DNA of 64,000 bases, from NCBI GenBank assembly GCA_947625765.1, contig CANQPP010000008.1, positions 2,222-66,221 on the forward strand. Reading direction: 5' to 3'. Under the pieces are notes generated by a model. It saw only the letters and a program-made list of their open reading frames with translations, made no database searches and was not told the DNA's origin. The translations under genes and the position numbers were made by a program. Below, in pieces: positions 37,673-49,000 of this stretch (the stretch's first letter is position 1; each line of letters opens with the position of its first letter). The stretch is from an uncultured Clostridia bacterium. Its GTDB lineage: Bacteria > Bacillota > Clostridia > Christensenellales > UBA1750.

Positions 37673-38495
37673 CTGTGTTTCGCCTTTCTTGTATCACCTG
37701 GGCCGCCGCGCGGGGCAGGCCCAGCTCCAGCACGTTGCGCACGATGCCGTCGTTGCGTTCCACCTGCAGGCTATCCCAGGCGGCCAGCGCCTGGTCCTGG
37801 CAGAGGGCCAGCAGCGGCTGCAGCCGCTCCGCCGCCTGCTCGCGGGAAAGCCCCATCTGGATCAGCACGTTGTACTTGCCCTGTTCCCTGTCCTTGCGAT
37901 GATCGTCCAGCGCGTCCATCCAGCTGATCCAGCGGCCCAGGTTCCGGCCCATCCAGGCAAGGGCCGGCGCGTCCTCTTGACGCGCTCCATAGGCGAACAG
38001 GCCGCCCAGCAGCGCCGAGAAGGGTTCCGCGCTCTCGTCCAGGTCCGCGCAGCCTTCTTTCTCAAGCCTTACCTGCTCCCTGTCCATCCGCAGGATCATC
38101 TCCTCCGCCTCGCCGAAGCCGGAAGATATTACCTTCTGCGCGGGCAGGGCCAGCAGCGGCGAAAGCAGGCGCCCCGCGCCGCCGTCGCGCCGGTCGTCCC
38201 GGCACTTTTCCTGGGCCAGGAGCACGTGCAGCGCCGCCAGATACGCCGCGTCCGGCCCCTCGACGGAGGCGACCGTCCGGCATTTCCAGGGGCAAAGGCG
38301 GCGGCAAAGGACGGGCTCCGTCTCCGTCAGCGCGCAGCGCACCGCATACAGGAAGGTGAGGTCGTACCTGAGCAGCGCCCGGCAGGGGAGCCCGTAGGCG
38401 GACAGCGCCCGGCACAGCCCGCAGTAATGGGCCTTGAACAGCATATCTTCCCGCAGCTTGAGCTCCGGCCGATAGGGCCGCACATAGCCGAACAT
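37659..38495 (-). CDS. DUF5685-like Cys-containing protein
   Basis: [31 protein letters not shown]... Its 3' end overlaps the J-domain gene start by 14 nt. RBS is GGGAGG. Confidence 0.65.
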   Translation of the reverse strand: MFGYVRPYRPELKLREDMLFKAHYCGLCRALSAYGLPCRALLRYDLTFLYAVRCALTETEPVLCRRLCPWKCRTVASVEGPDAAYLAALHVLLAQEKCRDDRRDGGAGRLLSPLLALPAQKVISSGFGEAEEMILRMDREQVRLEKEGCADLDESAEPFSALLGGLFAYGARQEDAPALAWMGRNLGRWISWMDALDDHRKDREQGKYNVLIQMGLSREQAAERLQPLLALCQDQALAAWDSLQVERNDGIVRNVLELGLPRAAAQVIQERRNTDGPL

Positions 38496-38602
38496 CGCCT
38501 CGCCTCCCTTCCTGCTCCATTGTAACAAGAGCGGGCCCGCTTGACCAGATACGAGTTGAAAACCTTTTGTGAATTATCAAACTTTCCCCCAAGAAGAAGT
38601 CA

Positions 38603-38846
38603 CGCCGAACACGCGCGGGGGAATTGCCAAGGGGGGCGACGAGCCCCTCTTGGCCGGCCCCGGCCCGGCAAGGCCGGGGAACCGCCGCCTCAAACGCTTA
38701 AAAATCAAAAAGTGCCAACAAAAACAAGCAAGGCCGGAGAAGCGCCTCTGCAAACGCCTAAGAAGAAAAAGAGCCACCACACAGCAGACCAACGCCGAAC
38801 CAACGCAGGCAGGGGAATTGCTAAGGGGGGCGGCAGCCCTTCTTAG
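38603..38846. repeat. degenerate intergenic duplications carrying hairpins
   Basis: ACGCCGAAC..GGGGAATTGCCAAGGGGGGCGACGAGCCCCTCTTGGCC (38603-38660) resembles ACGCCGAACC..GGGGAATTGCTAAGGGGGGCGGCAGCCCTTCTTAGCC (38791-38848). Two AAGGCCGG(G/A)GAA..CAAACGC.TAA.AA..AAAAAG units lie between them. Confidence 0.5.
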
Positions 38847-38867
38847 CCCGCTCCCCCCGCCGTAAGG

Positions 38868-38915
38868 CCTAGAGAAGAAAAGGGGGCGGCGGGCCCTTGT
38901 CCGGCCCGCTGCCCC
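38868..38915 (-). terminator. intrinsic terminator of gyrBA
   Basis: Minus strand reads GGGGCAGCGGGCC-ggacaag-GGCCCGCCGCCCC followed by CTTTTCTTCTCT. Confidence 0.7.
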
Positions 38916-38945
38916 GCTCTGCTCAATGCTTATATCGTTGTAAGA

Positions 38946-41441
38946 TTACTCGCCGTCCGCAGGCTCCGGCGCCTCGGGATTCTCCACGCCTTCCTGCACG
39001 TTTATCTCCTCCTCGTCGGAGGGCTCCTCGTGCTCGGCCACGGTCAGCGCCACCACCTTCGCGTTTTCGCCCAGCCGCATGAGCCTCACGCCCTGGGTGG
39101 AGCGTCCCTGCTCCCGCACGCTCTCGATGGGCGTGCGGATCACGGTGCCGTCGTCGGTGATGAGCAGCATATCCATGTCCGCGCGCACCATGCGCAGCGC
39201 CACCAAATCGCCGGTCTTCGCGCTCAGCTGCATGGCCTTGATGCCCTTTCCGGCCCTGGACTGCAGGCGGTACTCCTCCAAGGGGCTCCGCTTGCCGTAG
39301 CCGTTCTCGGTCACGGCCAGCAGCTCGTATTCCTCCTCCTCGGGAGAGGCCAGGCACAGGGAGACCACGCAGTCCCCTTCGTCCAGCTCGATGGACTTAA
39401 CGCCCATGGCGCCGCGGCCCGTGGCGCGGATGCCGTCCTCCCGGAAGCGGATGGACTGCCCCTTGCGGGTGGCGACCAGCACGTCGTTTTCCCCGGTGGA
39501 CAGGGCCACGCCGATCAGCTCGTCCTCCTCGCGCAGGGAGATGGCGATCAGCCCGCTTGCGCGCACGTTGTCGAACTCCGAGAACTCCGTGCGCTTGATG
39601 AGGCCATTCCTGGTGGCCAGGATCAGGTGGGAGCTGCCGCCCTCGGGCACGGGGATCACGGCCTGCACCTTCTCGCCGCCGTCCAGCTGTAGCAGGTTCA
39701 CGATGGCCGTTCCCTTTGCGGTGCGCCCGGCCTCGGGGATCTCGTAGCACATCTTGACGAAGACCCTGCCGCGGGAGGTAAAGAACATGAGCTTGGAATG
39801 GGTGGAGGTGACGAACAGGTCCTCCACGAAGTCCTCCTCGCGGGTGGTGAGGCCCGCGATGCCCTTGCCGCCCCTGCGCTGGGCCCGGTAGGTGTCGGCG
39901 GATACGCGCTTGATGTAGCCAAAGTGGGTCAGCGTCACCGCCATGTCCTCTTCCTGGATCATGTCGGCCAACACGATCTCGTCCTCCACCGGCTCTATGC
40001 CCGTGCGGCGGGGATCGGCGTACTTGTTCTTAAGGGCCGTGATCTCGGTCTTGATGATGCCGCGCACCATTTCGTCGGACTCAAGCACCGCACGGAAATA
40101 CGCGATCTGCTCCATCAGCTCGTCGTATTCGGCCTGCAGCCTCTCGCGTTCCAAGCCCGTCAGCCTTTGCAGGCGCATATCCAAAATGGCCTGCGCCTGC
40201 TTTTCGGAAAAGGCAAACTCCTCCATCAGGGCGTCCTTGGCCTCCTGGCCGGTGCGGGAGGAGCGGATCAGCTGTATGATGCGGTCGATGTGGTCCAGGG
40301 CCTTGAGCAGGCCTTCCAGTATGTGGGCGCGGGCCTCGGCCTTGCTCAGGTCGTACTTGGTGCGCCGGACGATCACGTCCTTCTGGTGCTCGATGTAGTA
40401 ATAGAGCATCTGCTGCAGGTTCAGCACGCGAGGCTCGCCGTTGACCAGGGCCAGCATGATGACGCCGAAGGTATCCTGCAGCTGGGTGTGCTTAAAGAGC
40501 GTGTTGAGCACGATGTTGGCGTTCACGTCGCGCTTAAGTTCGATCACGATGCGCATGCCCTTGCGGTCGGACTCGTCGCGCAGGTCGGAGATGCCCTCCA
40601 CGCGCTTTTCGTGCACAAGCTCCGCGATCTTCTCCACCAGTCGCGCCTTGTTGACCTGGTAGGGGATCTCGGTCACGACGATGCGGGAGCGGTTAGGGCC
40701 CATCTGCTCGATCTCGGTGCGGGCGCGGGTCACGATCCTTCCCTTGCCGGTCATGTAGGCCTGGCGGATGCCGGAGAGGCCCATGATGACGCCGCCGGTG
40801 GGGAAGTCCGGGCCGGGGATATACTCCATCAGCTCGGGCACGGTGATGTCGGGCTTGTCCAGCATGGCGACCACGCCGTCGATCACCTCGCCCAGGTTGT
40901 GGGGCGGTATGTTGGTGGCCATGCCCACGGCGATGCCGCCGGAGCCGTTGACCAGCAGGTTCGGGAAGCGGGAGGGCAGCACCTCCGGCTGCATCAGGGA
41001 CTCGTCGAAGTTGGGATAGAAATCGACGGTCTCCTTGTCGATGTCCGCGACCATCTCCATGGCCATCTTGGAAAGCCGCGCCTCGGTGTATCGCATGGCG
41101 GCGGCGCCGTCGCCGTCCACGGAGCCGAAGTTTCCCTGTCCCTCCACCAGCAGGCAGCGGGTGGAAAAGTCCTGCGCTAAACGCACCATGGCGTCGTAGA
41201 CCGCGGTGTCCCCGTGGGGATGGTACTTACCCAGGACCTCGCCCACGATGCGGGCGGACTTCTTAAACGGCTTATCGGGGGTCATGCCCAGCTCGTTCAT
41301 GGCGTACAGTATACGCCGATGCACGGGCTTTAGGCCGTCGCGCACGTCCGGCAGGGCGCGGTTGATGATCACGGCCATAGCGTAGGAGATAAAGGAGTGT
41401 TTGAGCTCCTCCTCCAGATCTATGGGTTTCAGCCTGTCCAT
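38946..41441 (-). CDS. gyrA: DNA gyrase subunit A
   Basis: Full-length GyrA ([30 protein letters not shown], active-site AAMRYTE). ATG 41441 lies 5 nt after GAAGGAGG. Confidence 0.95.
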   Translation of the reverse strand: MDRLKPIDLEEELKHSFISYAMAVIINRALPDVRDGLKPVHRRILYAMNELGMTPDKPFKKSARIVGEVLGKYHPHGDTAVYDAMVRLAQDFSTRCLLVEGQGNFGSVDGDGAAAMRYTEARLSKMAMEMVADIDKETVDFYPNFDESLMQPEVLPSRFPNLLVNGSGGIAVGMATNIPPHNLGEVIDGVVAMLDKPDITVPELMEYIPGPDFPTGGVIMGLSGIRQAYMTGKGRIVTRARTEIEQMGPNRSRIVVTEIPYQVNKARLVEKIAELVHEKRVEGISDLRDESDRKGMRIVIELKRDVNANIVLNTLFKHTQLQDTFGVIMLALVNGEPRVLNLQQMLYYYIEHQKDVIVRRTKYDLSKAEARAHILEGLLKALDHIDRIIQLIRSSRTGQEAKDALMEEFAFSEKQAQAILDMRLQRLTGLERERLQAEYDELMEQIAYFRAVLESDEMVRGIIKTEITALKNKYADPRRTGIEPVEDEIVLADMIQEEDMAVTLTHFGYIKRVSADTYRAQRRGGKGIAGLTTREEDFVEDLFVTSTHSKLMFFTSRGRVFVKMCYEIPEAGRTAKGTAIVNLLQLDGGEKVQAVIPVPEGGSSHLILATRNGLIKRTEFSEFDNVRASGLIAISLREEDELIGVALSTGENDVLVATRKGQSIRFREDGIRATGRGAMGVKSIELDEGDCVVSLCLASPEEEEYELLAVTENGYGKRSPLEEYRLQSRAGKGIKAMQLSAKTGDLVALRMVRADMDMLLITDDGTVIRTPIESVREQGRSTQGVRLMRLGENAKVVALTVAEHEEPSDEEEINVQEGVENPEAPEPADGE

Positions 41442-41487
41442 GTTGGCCTCCTTCAACTCTCAAGCAAAAAGACTTCTTTGTTTGGTG

Positions 41488-43464
<1,977 letters not shown>

Positions 43465-43477
43465 TTATTTCTCGTTT

Positions 43478-43735
43478 TTATTTCTCGTCCGCCTTGAAGG
43501 GCGCCTCGGCCCGCTCCAGGAGCGTGGCCGACGAGACGGGCGACCAATAGACCTTTGCGCGCTTATCCCTTTTGCCCTTGCACAGGACCGCGGACTTGAC
43601 GCCTCCCTCCGGCCCCTCGCCGCCCGCCAGCTGCAAAAAGCGCTGGGTGTCGGGGCTTAAGGCCGTGGACAGGTCCAGGATCATCAGGATGTCCCGGGAA
43701 AGGACGGAAACGTCGCCGCCGATGTGGAGCAGCAT
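43478..43735 (-). CDS. remB: DUF370 / RemB-like small protein
   Basis: 85 aa, MLLHIGGDVSVLSRDILMILDL..., located immediately upstream of gyrB as in other Firmicutes. Confidence 0.7.
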   Translation of the reverse strand: MLLHIGGDVSVLSRDILMILDLSTALSPDTQRFLQLAGGEGPEGGVKSAVLCKGKRDKRAKVYWSPVSSATLLERAEAPFKADEK

Positions 43736-43774
43736 CCTTTTCTCCCCTTTCCGCCTTTTTCCTACTTATATTAT

Positions 43775-43783
43775 ATTATACCA
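43775..43783 (-). promoter_or_regulatory. extended -10 element upstream of remB
   Basis: Minus strand reads TGGTATAAT inside a markedly AT-rich stretch (43745-43900). Confidence 0.4.
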
Positions 43784-44076
43784 TTTTTGCCTCCCTTTTA
43801 AAAGGGGCATAAAGACCTGAAAATCAAAAGGACAGACCATCAAAAAAGCCCAAAATAAAGGGATTTTTGGCCTTTCAATTTGATAACGAAAATTTAATTG
43901 AAGAAACTCCTTTTTCCCGCCGGAAAGGGAAGCGGACAAAGAGCCGTTTTCGCGTCCATTTTTCGTTTTTTCTGCGGTTTCAAACCGAAAAAGAGAAGGG
44001 GCTTCCCTCGATCATTTCCCGGAAAGCCCCGTATCCGATCCCTTGCAGACTGTGACGATTTAAGATAAAGTAGCCG

Positions 44077-44347
44077 TAATAGTAGTAGTACGGTGGAAAG
44101 AGTGGAAAAGTGGAAAAAACCCGAGAAGGGAGCCGTGTTTTCGACCACAGGGGGTTGTGGAAAACGTGGGAGGTTTATCCACAGCCGCGCTTGTTTATCC
44201 ACAACGGCCAAATGCAAGTGCCGATTTTCAAGTGCAGTTTTCAAGTGCTGTCGATGGGGTGAGGACCCATCTTGTAAAAGGCTGTTTGCAAAGTGCATGG
44301 GCTTTTCCACTTATCCACTCACAAGGGGAAGGACCCCCTGTGGACAA
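44077..44347. promoter_or_regulatory. DnaA-box cluster with adjacent TAG-trio run and CAAGTGC direct repeats (oriC-like element)
   Basis: Elements in order along the + strand:
- TAATAGTAGTAGTAC (44077-44091)
- three GTGGAAA-core 9-mers (44092-44118)
- TGTGGAAAA (44156-44164)
- perfect TTATCCACA at 44175-44183 and 44195-44203
- three CAAGTGC repeats (44215-44248)
- TTTTCCACT and TTATCCACT (44303-44319)
- TGTGGACAA (44339-44347). Confidence 0.6.
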
Positions 44348-44359
44348 AATGTGGGGTGT

Positions 44360-45124
44360 TTACCGCAGGATGCGGTGGACGGTGTACGTCCCCTCCAGCT
44401 GGTAGCCGAGCTTCTGGCTCAGGTGCAGGGAGAGCTCGTTGGCGGCGTCCCAGTTGGCCAGCTTGCCCCGGCGCTTGACCTCCAAGACCAGACGGGCCGC
44501 CGCGGCCGCGGCAAGGCCCCTGCGGCGATAGGCGGGGTTCGTGGCGATGCCGACCTCGATGCCGCCGTCGAACACGCTGAAGGCCGGCGCGATGGCGGCC
44601 AGTTTCTCACCCTTCAACACAACGAAGCCGAAGCCCTGCCTCTCAAAGTCCTCCCTGGAGGCGTACTGCTCCACGTATTCGTAGGCCCAGGGCAGGGAGC
44701 GGGCCGTGAGGTAATGCTCGCCCGTCATGGCCGAAAGCGTGAATCCCTCCGGCAGTTCGGCAAAAAGGGACATTAAATGATTCTCGTTCAAGGCCTCCAT
44801 ATCCTTCTTCAGCATGAACCGCGTAAGGACGGCCGACCTTTCTCCCACCGCGCGGTCGAATAAGGCCTTCCACCTTTCCTCAAAGGAGACGAGGTAGGCG
44901 CCGACGGGAAGGCCCTCGATCAGCTTCTCCGCCTCCGGGTCGGTCTCGTCGCCGCCGAAGTAGTGGTACTCGCCGCACCAGGCGTGTACAAAGCGCAGGG
45001 GGGTCGTATCCCCCGTTTCCGCCCCGCCCATGTAGCCCTGCAGGGCCGAGCAGAGAGCGGTATCCTGTATGCCCGGAAACAGGTATAGGAGCGAGCGGGA
45101 AACTTCCGTTGTCAGTGGCTGCAT
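44360..45124 (-). CDS. GNAT family N-acetyltransferase
   Basis: C-terminal acetyl-CoA binding pattern VGIATNPAYRRRGLAAAAAARLV. Confidence 0.7.
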   Translation of the reverse strand: MQPLTTEVSRSLLYLFPGIQDTALCSALQGYMGGAETGDTTPLRFVHAWCGEYHYFGGDETDPEAEKLIEGLPVGAYLVSFEERWKALFDRAVGERSAVLTRFMLKKDMEALNENHLMSLFAELPEGFTLSAMTGEHYLTARSLPWAYEYVEQYASREDFERQGFGFVVLKGEKLAAIAPAFSVFDGGIEVGIATNPAYRRRGLAAAAAARLVLEVKRRGKLANWDAANELSLHLSQKLGYQLEGTYTVHRILR

Positions 45125-45130
45125 GTCTCT

Positions 45131-45811
45131 TTACTCCCTTGCCTCGAACATGGACTTGGGCACGCCGCAGACCGGGCAGGTCCAGTCGTCGGGCAGATCC
45201 TCAAAGGGTATATCGCCGCTGTACTCATAGCCGCAGATGGCGCAGACGTATTTTTTGCCGGAAGGAGCCGCCTCCGCGCTTTTTGCGGGGGCCGCTTCTT
45301 GGCTCCTGCTCTCCTCGGGGACATAGGTGGGCGCCAGCGCCGGGCTCTTGCCCTTGCGCTCCGTCTGGTAGTAGGCGTAGGACATCGGGCGGCCGGCAGA
45401 GACCGTCTCGCCGCTTATCAGGCGCGCAAAGAACACGTCGTGGGTGCCCATATGCAGCTGCTCACACACGGCGAACTCCATGTAGGCGCACAGGCCTTCT
45501 TTCAGGCGCGGCAGGCCGTTTTGTGTCAGGACCATGCCGGAAGACTTATCAGTGTCGCGGGACGACTTAAAGCCGTACAGGCCGATGGTCTCGCTCGGGC
45601 AGTCCTCCGTCAAAACGCTGGCCGTGAACAGCCCCGCCTTTTCGATCATCCCGCAGGTGTTGTTCTGGGTGTTCACGCACACGGCGAACACCGCGGGCTC
45701 CGACGTCACCTGGAACAGCGTGTTCACCACGCAGCCGCCTACCTGCTCCCTCGTCTTGACCCCCAGCACATACAGGCCGTAGGTCATGGAATGAAAGACC
45801 TTCGCATCCAT
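45131..45811 (-). CDS. flavin reductase-rubredoxin fusion (high-molecular-weight rubredoxin type)
   Basis: N-terminal flavin reductase-like domain (YGLYVLGV...GGCVVNT) and C-terminal rubredoxin with CAICGYEY...WTCPVCG. Confidence 0.8.
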   Translation of the reverse strand: MDAKVFHSMTYGLYVLGVKTREQVGGCVVNTLFQVTSEPAVFAVCVNTQNNTCGMIEKAGLFTASVLTEDCPSETIGLYGFKSSRDTDKSSGMVLTQNGLPRLKEGLCAYMEFAVCEQLHMGTHDVFFARLISGETVSAGRPMSYAYYQTERKGKSPALAPTYVPEESRSQEAAPAKSAEAAPSGKKYVCAICGYEYSGDIPFEDLPDDWTCPVCGVPKSMFEARE

Positions 45812-46023
45812 AAAAGCATCCTCCTTAAAGGGTCTGAACTTTCGCTGATCCTATCATAACACGAAACCGGCGCGAAAAAAACTGCCTGGCACGTGGAAAA
45901 ACTCCCCCTGCCGCGTTAAGCCTTCATAAAGAATCTGCCCGCCTTTGAATTTTTCAGAATACACCCGAAAGAGCTTCCATTTTTTCTTGAACCGTTCTTT
46001 ATATACAGAAACAATATTATAAT

Positions 46024-46065
46024 ATAAAAATGAGAGAAAGGAGCGACCCCAAGGCCGCTCCTTTC
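46024..46065 (-). terminator. intrinsic terminator of the surface-protein gene
   Basis: Minus strand reads GAAAGGAGCG-gccttggggt-CGCTCCTTTC followed by TCTCATTTTTAT. Confidence 0.7.
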
Positions 46066-46080
46066 CAGTGTCAGTTTGTT

Positions 46081-49000
46081 TTATTCCGTGATCTCCAAAT
46101 AGGGCAGGTAGGGCAGCAGGTTTTCCTGCGCGCAGTCCAGATACATCGCGCTGACCCAGGCCGGGCGGCCCTTCCAGTCGATTTGCACCCAGCCGTCCTC
46201 CGGCGCGGAGGCGTACACCCATTCCCCGCGCTTGAGCGTCCCCAGCCGCCGATCCTCCGTCCCCGGCCCGCTGCGCACGTTCAGCGTCCGCGCGATCACG
46301 CACAGGCAGTCGGACAGGGGCGCGATGTACTCCATCGAGACATAGCCCGTCCGCCCATCGGGCAGGAGCACGAAGCCCCAGCGCTCGGCGCCGCTTCCCG
46401 TCTCCGTTTCGCTTTTTTCGATGAGCAGCAGCCTCTGCCCTTTCTTGAGGCTCCCGCTCTTTTCATACCCGGTCCCCGGGCCGGAACGCAGGTTGAGCTT
46501 CTCGCACAGCACCACGTGCTCCCGGATGGGCTCTTCCTCCTCCTCTTCCTCGCTCCATAGGAGGATGCCGGCGACGGGCTGCAGGGGGATCTCCTCAAAG
46601 ACCGCGCCGATGACCATATCGTGGGCGGGCATGTCGAAGCCGTAGCCCGTCTTGCCCTCGGACAGTGTAACATAGGTATTTTCCCGATCGGCCGGGTCGT
46701 AGGCGTAGACCTCCTTCACCCGCCAGCCCATGTCGGCCTGGGGCGTTACGCGCACCCACAGCCCTTCCTCGGCCTGCGTGAGGCTCGGGAGCAGGCTCCC
46801 GTGCCGGATATCTTCCTCCAGCGTGACCGCATACGTTTTCGCGGGCAGGGGGCCGTTGGTCACGCAGATTACGCCGCCGGTCGAGCTTGTCCCGCCGGAC
46901 TTCGCCGCATAGGGTTCTATCGGGAGGGTGAAGCCCTCCGTGTCGGCCAGCTCCCAGCGGAAGCGGTTCACCGCCCCCGCCTCGGCGGAGAAGCTCCCCT
47001 CCAGCGTCCAGAGAACGGGCAGCTCCACGGCCTCCTCCCGGTCGGAGAGGAAAGCCTGCACGGAGCTGCGCTGCTTATACAGCTCCCGCAGCGTATCCTC
47101 CGCGCTCTTTAGTGGCGCGGTCAGCACCAGGTCCTCGATGGCCTTAACGCTTTTTAGCACCGGCTTCTTCGGCGGCGCGGGGGCGACGGGCTCCGACGCC
47201 GGGCTGACCGCTTCGCCTCTCCAAATTCCAAGTCCGACCACCCGCACCCGCAGACAACTGCCCACGTCTCCTTCATTCGGGATGTAGCCAAGGCCCGTCG
47301 CGCCCGCGATCTGCTGGAAGCGCAGGCCGTTCTTCGGCCGCTTCTCCCAGACCGCGAGAAAGCTGTCCTTCTCCGTCGCGCCCTCGACGACGGCGGTCAG
47401 AGGAAGGCCGACCTGGGGCGCGCCTTCCAGATACACGGTGACGGCCAGCGCGCGCCCCTTTACCGGGCCGATGGGCTCGCTGTACATCTCCAGCTCCGGC
47501 GCCCAGGCGCGGAAGAACAGGCCCTCGTCGCGCTCCTGCAGGGTGTATTCTCCATTTCCGCTTCCGGGCAGCGTTTCGTAGACGCCGTCGGCCAGCGCGG
47601 CCCGCTGCCAGTAAACCTCAATTTCGTCCTGTTTCGCGGCCTCTCCGATAAGCACGGCGCGAGCGCGCAGCGTTTCGCCCAGCAGCGCCTCGCCCTCGAT
47701 CTCGAACCGCACGCTTTCGTTTCCCGGCAGCAGCGGGCCGATGACCGGGCTCAACAGGTTGTTGCCGTAGTTCTCCCTGCCCACGACCACCAGGCGCAGG
47801 TATTTGCCGATCAGCGCCGCGCCGGGCGTGAAGCTCTCGGCGTAGGCGTTCGGGATGGGCTCAAAATCACCGTCGGGGCGGTCGCAGACCTCCCACTGGA
47901 AGCCCAGCCAGTCCTTGTGAAGGCCTAAAGGCAGGCGGACGCGCAGCGTTTCCCCCGTTCGGTAGCTCGCCGCGTCCTTAGCCTGCACCCGCTCGATCTG
48001 GACGTTTCCCTCCAGGGGCAGCAGTCGCACCGGGCCCACGGGCTCGCTCACGACCTCGCCTTCCCGGCCCTCGGCCGTGACGCGCAGGCGCAGAAACTTG
48101 CCCGTCCACAGGGCCAGGACCGTCAGCTCCTCCCCTTCCGCGCCTGGGATGTCGCGGAACTCGCCAAAGGGCTTGCCGCCCAGGGATTCCGCGATCTGCC
48201 AGTGAAAGACCGCGTTTTCGGGCAGATCTGCGCCCTTGGCTTGCTGCTTGTTCGTGGCGAGGGGTTCGCCCTGTATTTGTACGCTGCCGCTCATGGGCGG
48301 CGTGGGAGGAAGTTCCACGGGCCCGACCGCCGCACTGCATACGGCCTCGTCCTCGCGGCCCTCCTGCCAGACGCGGACGCGCAGGCGGTAGTCGAGGTCT
48401 TCGACATCGATCTCATACGACGGCCCCTCCGCGCCCGAGATCGTCTTGTATTCGCCGCCCGCGCCGCGCTCCCAGGCGTAGAACAGGGCGGGCTTTTCCG
48501 TTCCCTCCATCCCCTCGCGGACCGTCAGCTGCGCGGTGAGCGTGCTGCCCACGAGCGCTTCCCCCTCCAGCGTCACGCCGCTGAGGTAGAGGGGCGGCTT
48601 TTCGCTCACGGTCAGACCGCCGTCCTTGAGCGAAAAAGCCCTGCCGCCGGGCAGGGAGAAGGCGGCCGCGTCGGCGGCGTTCAATGTATGGCCCGCCGTG
48701 CCCGCAAACACCGCGCTGTCTTTGGGGGTTTTCTCCGATATGGCCAGCTCCACGCGGCCCGTGAGCGCCGAGGCCAGCGGGATGGGCAGGTTCCAGCCGT
48801 CCAGCTGCAGGCCCTCCGCCTGCTCGTTCGCCGCGTTTCCCTCGATGGTCAAATTCCCGCCCAGCGTAAGGGACGGGGACGGATAGGAGGGCAAAGTCTC
48901 CAAACAAAGAACGGCGGACTCATCCGCCGCGTTGTCTTGGATCGTGCCGCCCAGCAGCTCCACGCTTGCCGCCGCGCCGTAGGGCTCCACATAAACGGCG

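Noticed and set aside
43894-44776. ORFs 43894-44310 (-) and 44093-44776 (+) crossing the DnaA-box region
   Set aside because: They have no RBS, odd composition, and are built from the repeat and box sequences. The + ORF mostly runs antisense to the GNAT gene.
45131-45811. Flavin reductase-rubredoxin fusion as a novelty
   Set aside because: This architecture matches the described high-molecular-weight rubredoxin of anaerobic Firmicutes, so it is annotated as a normal feature.
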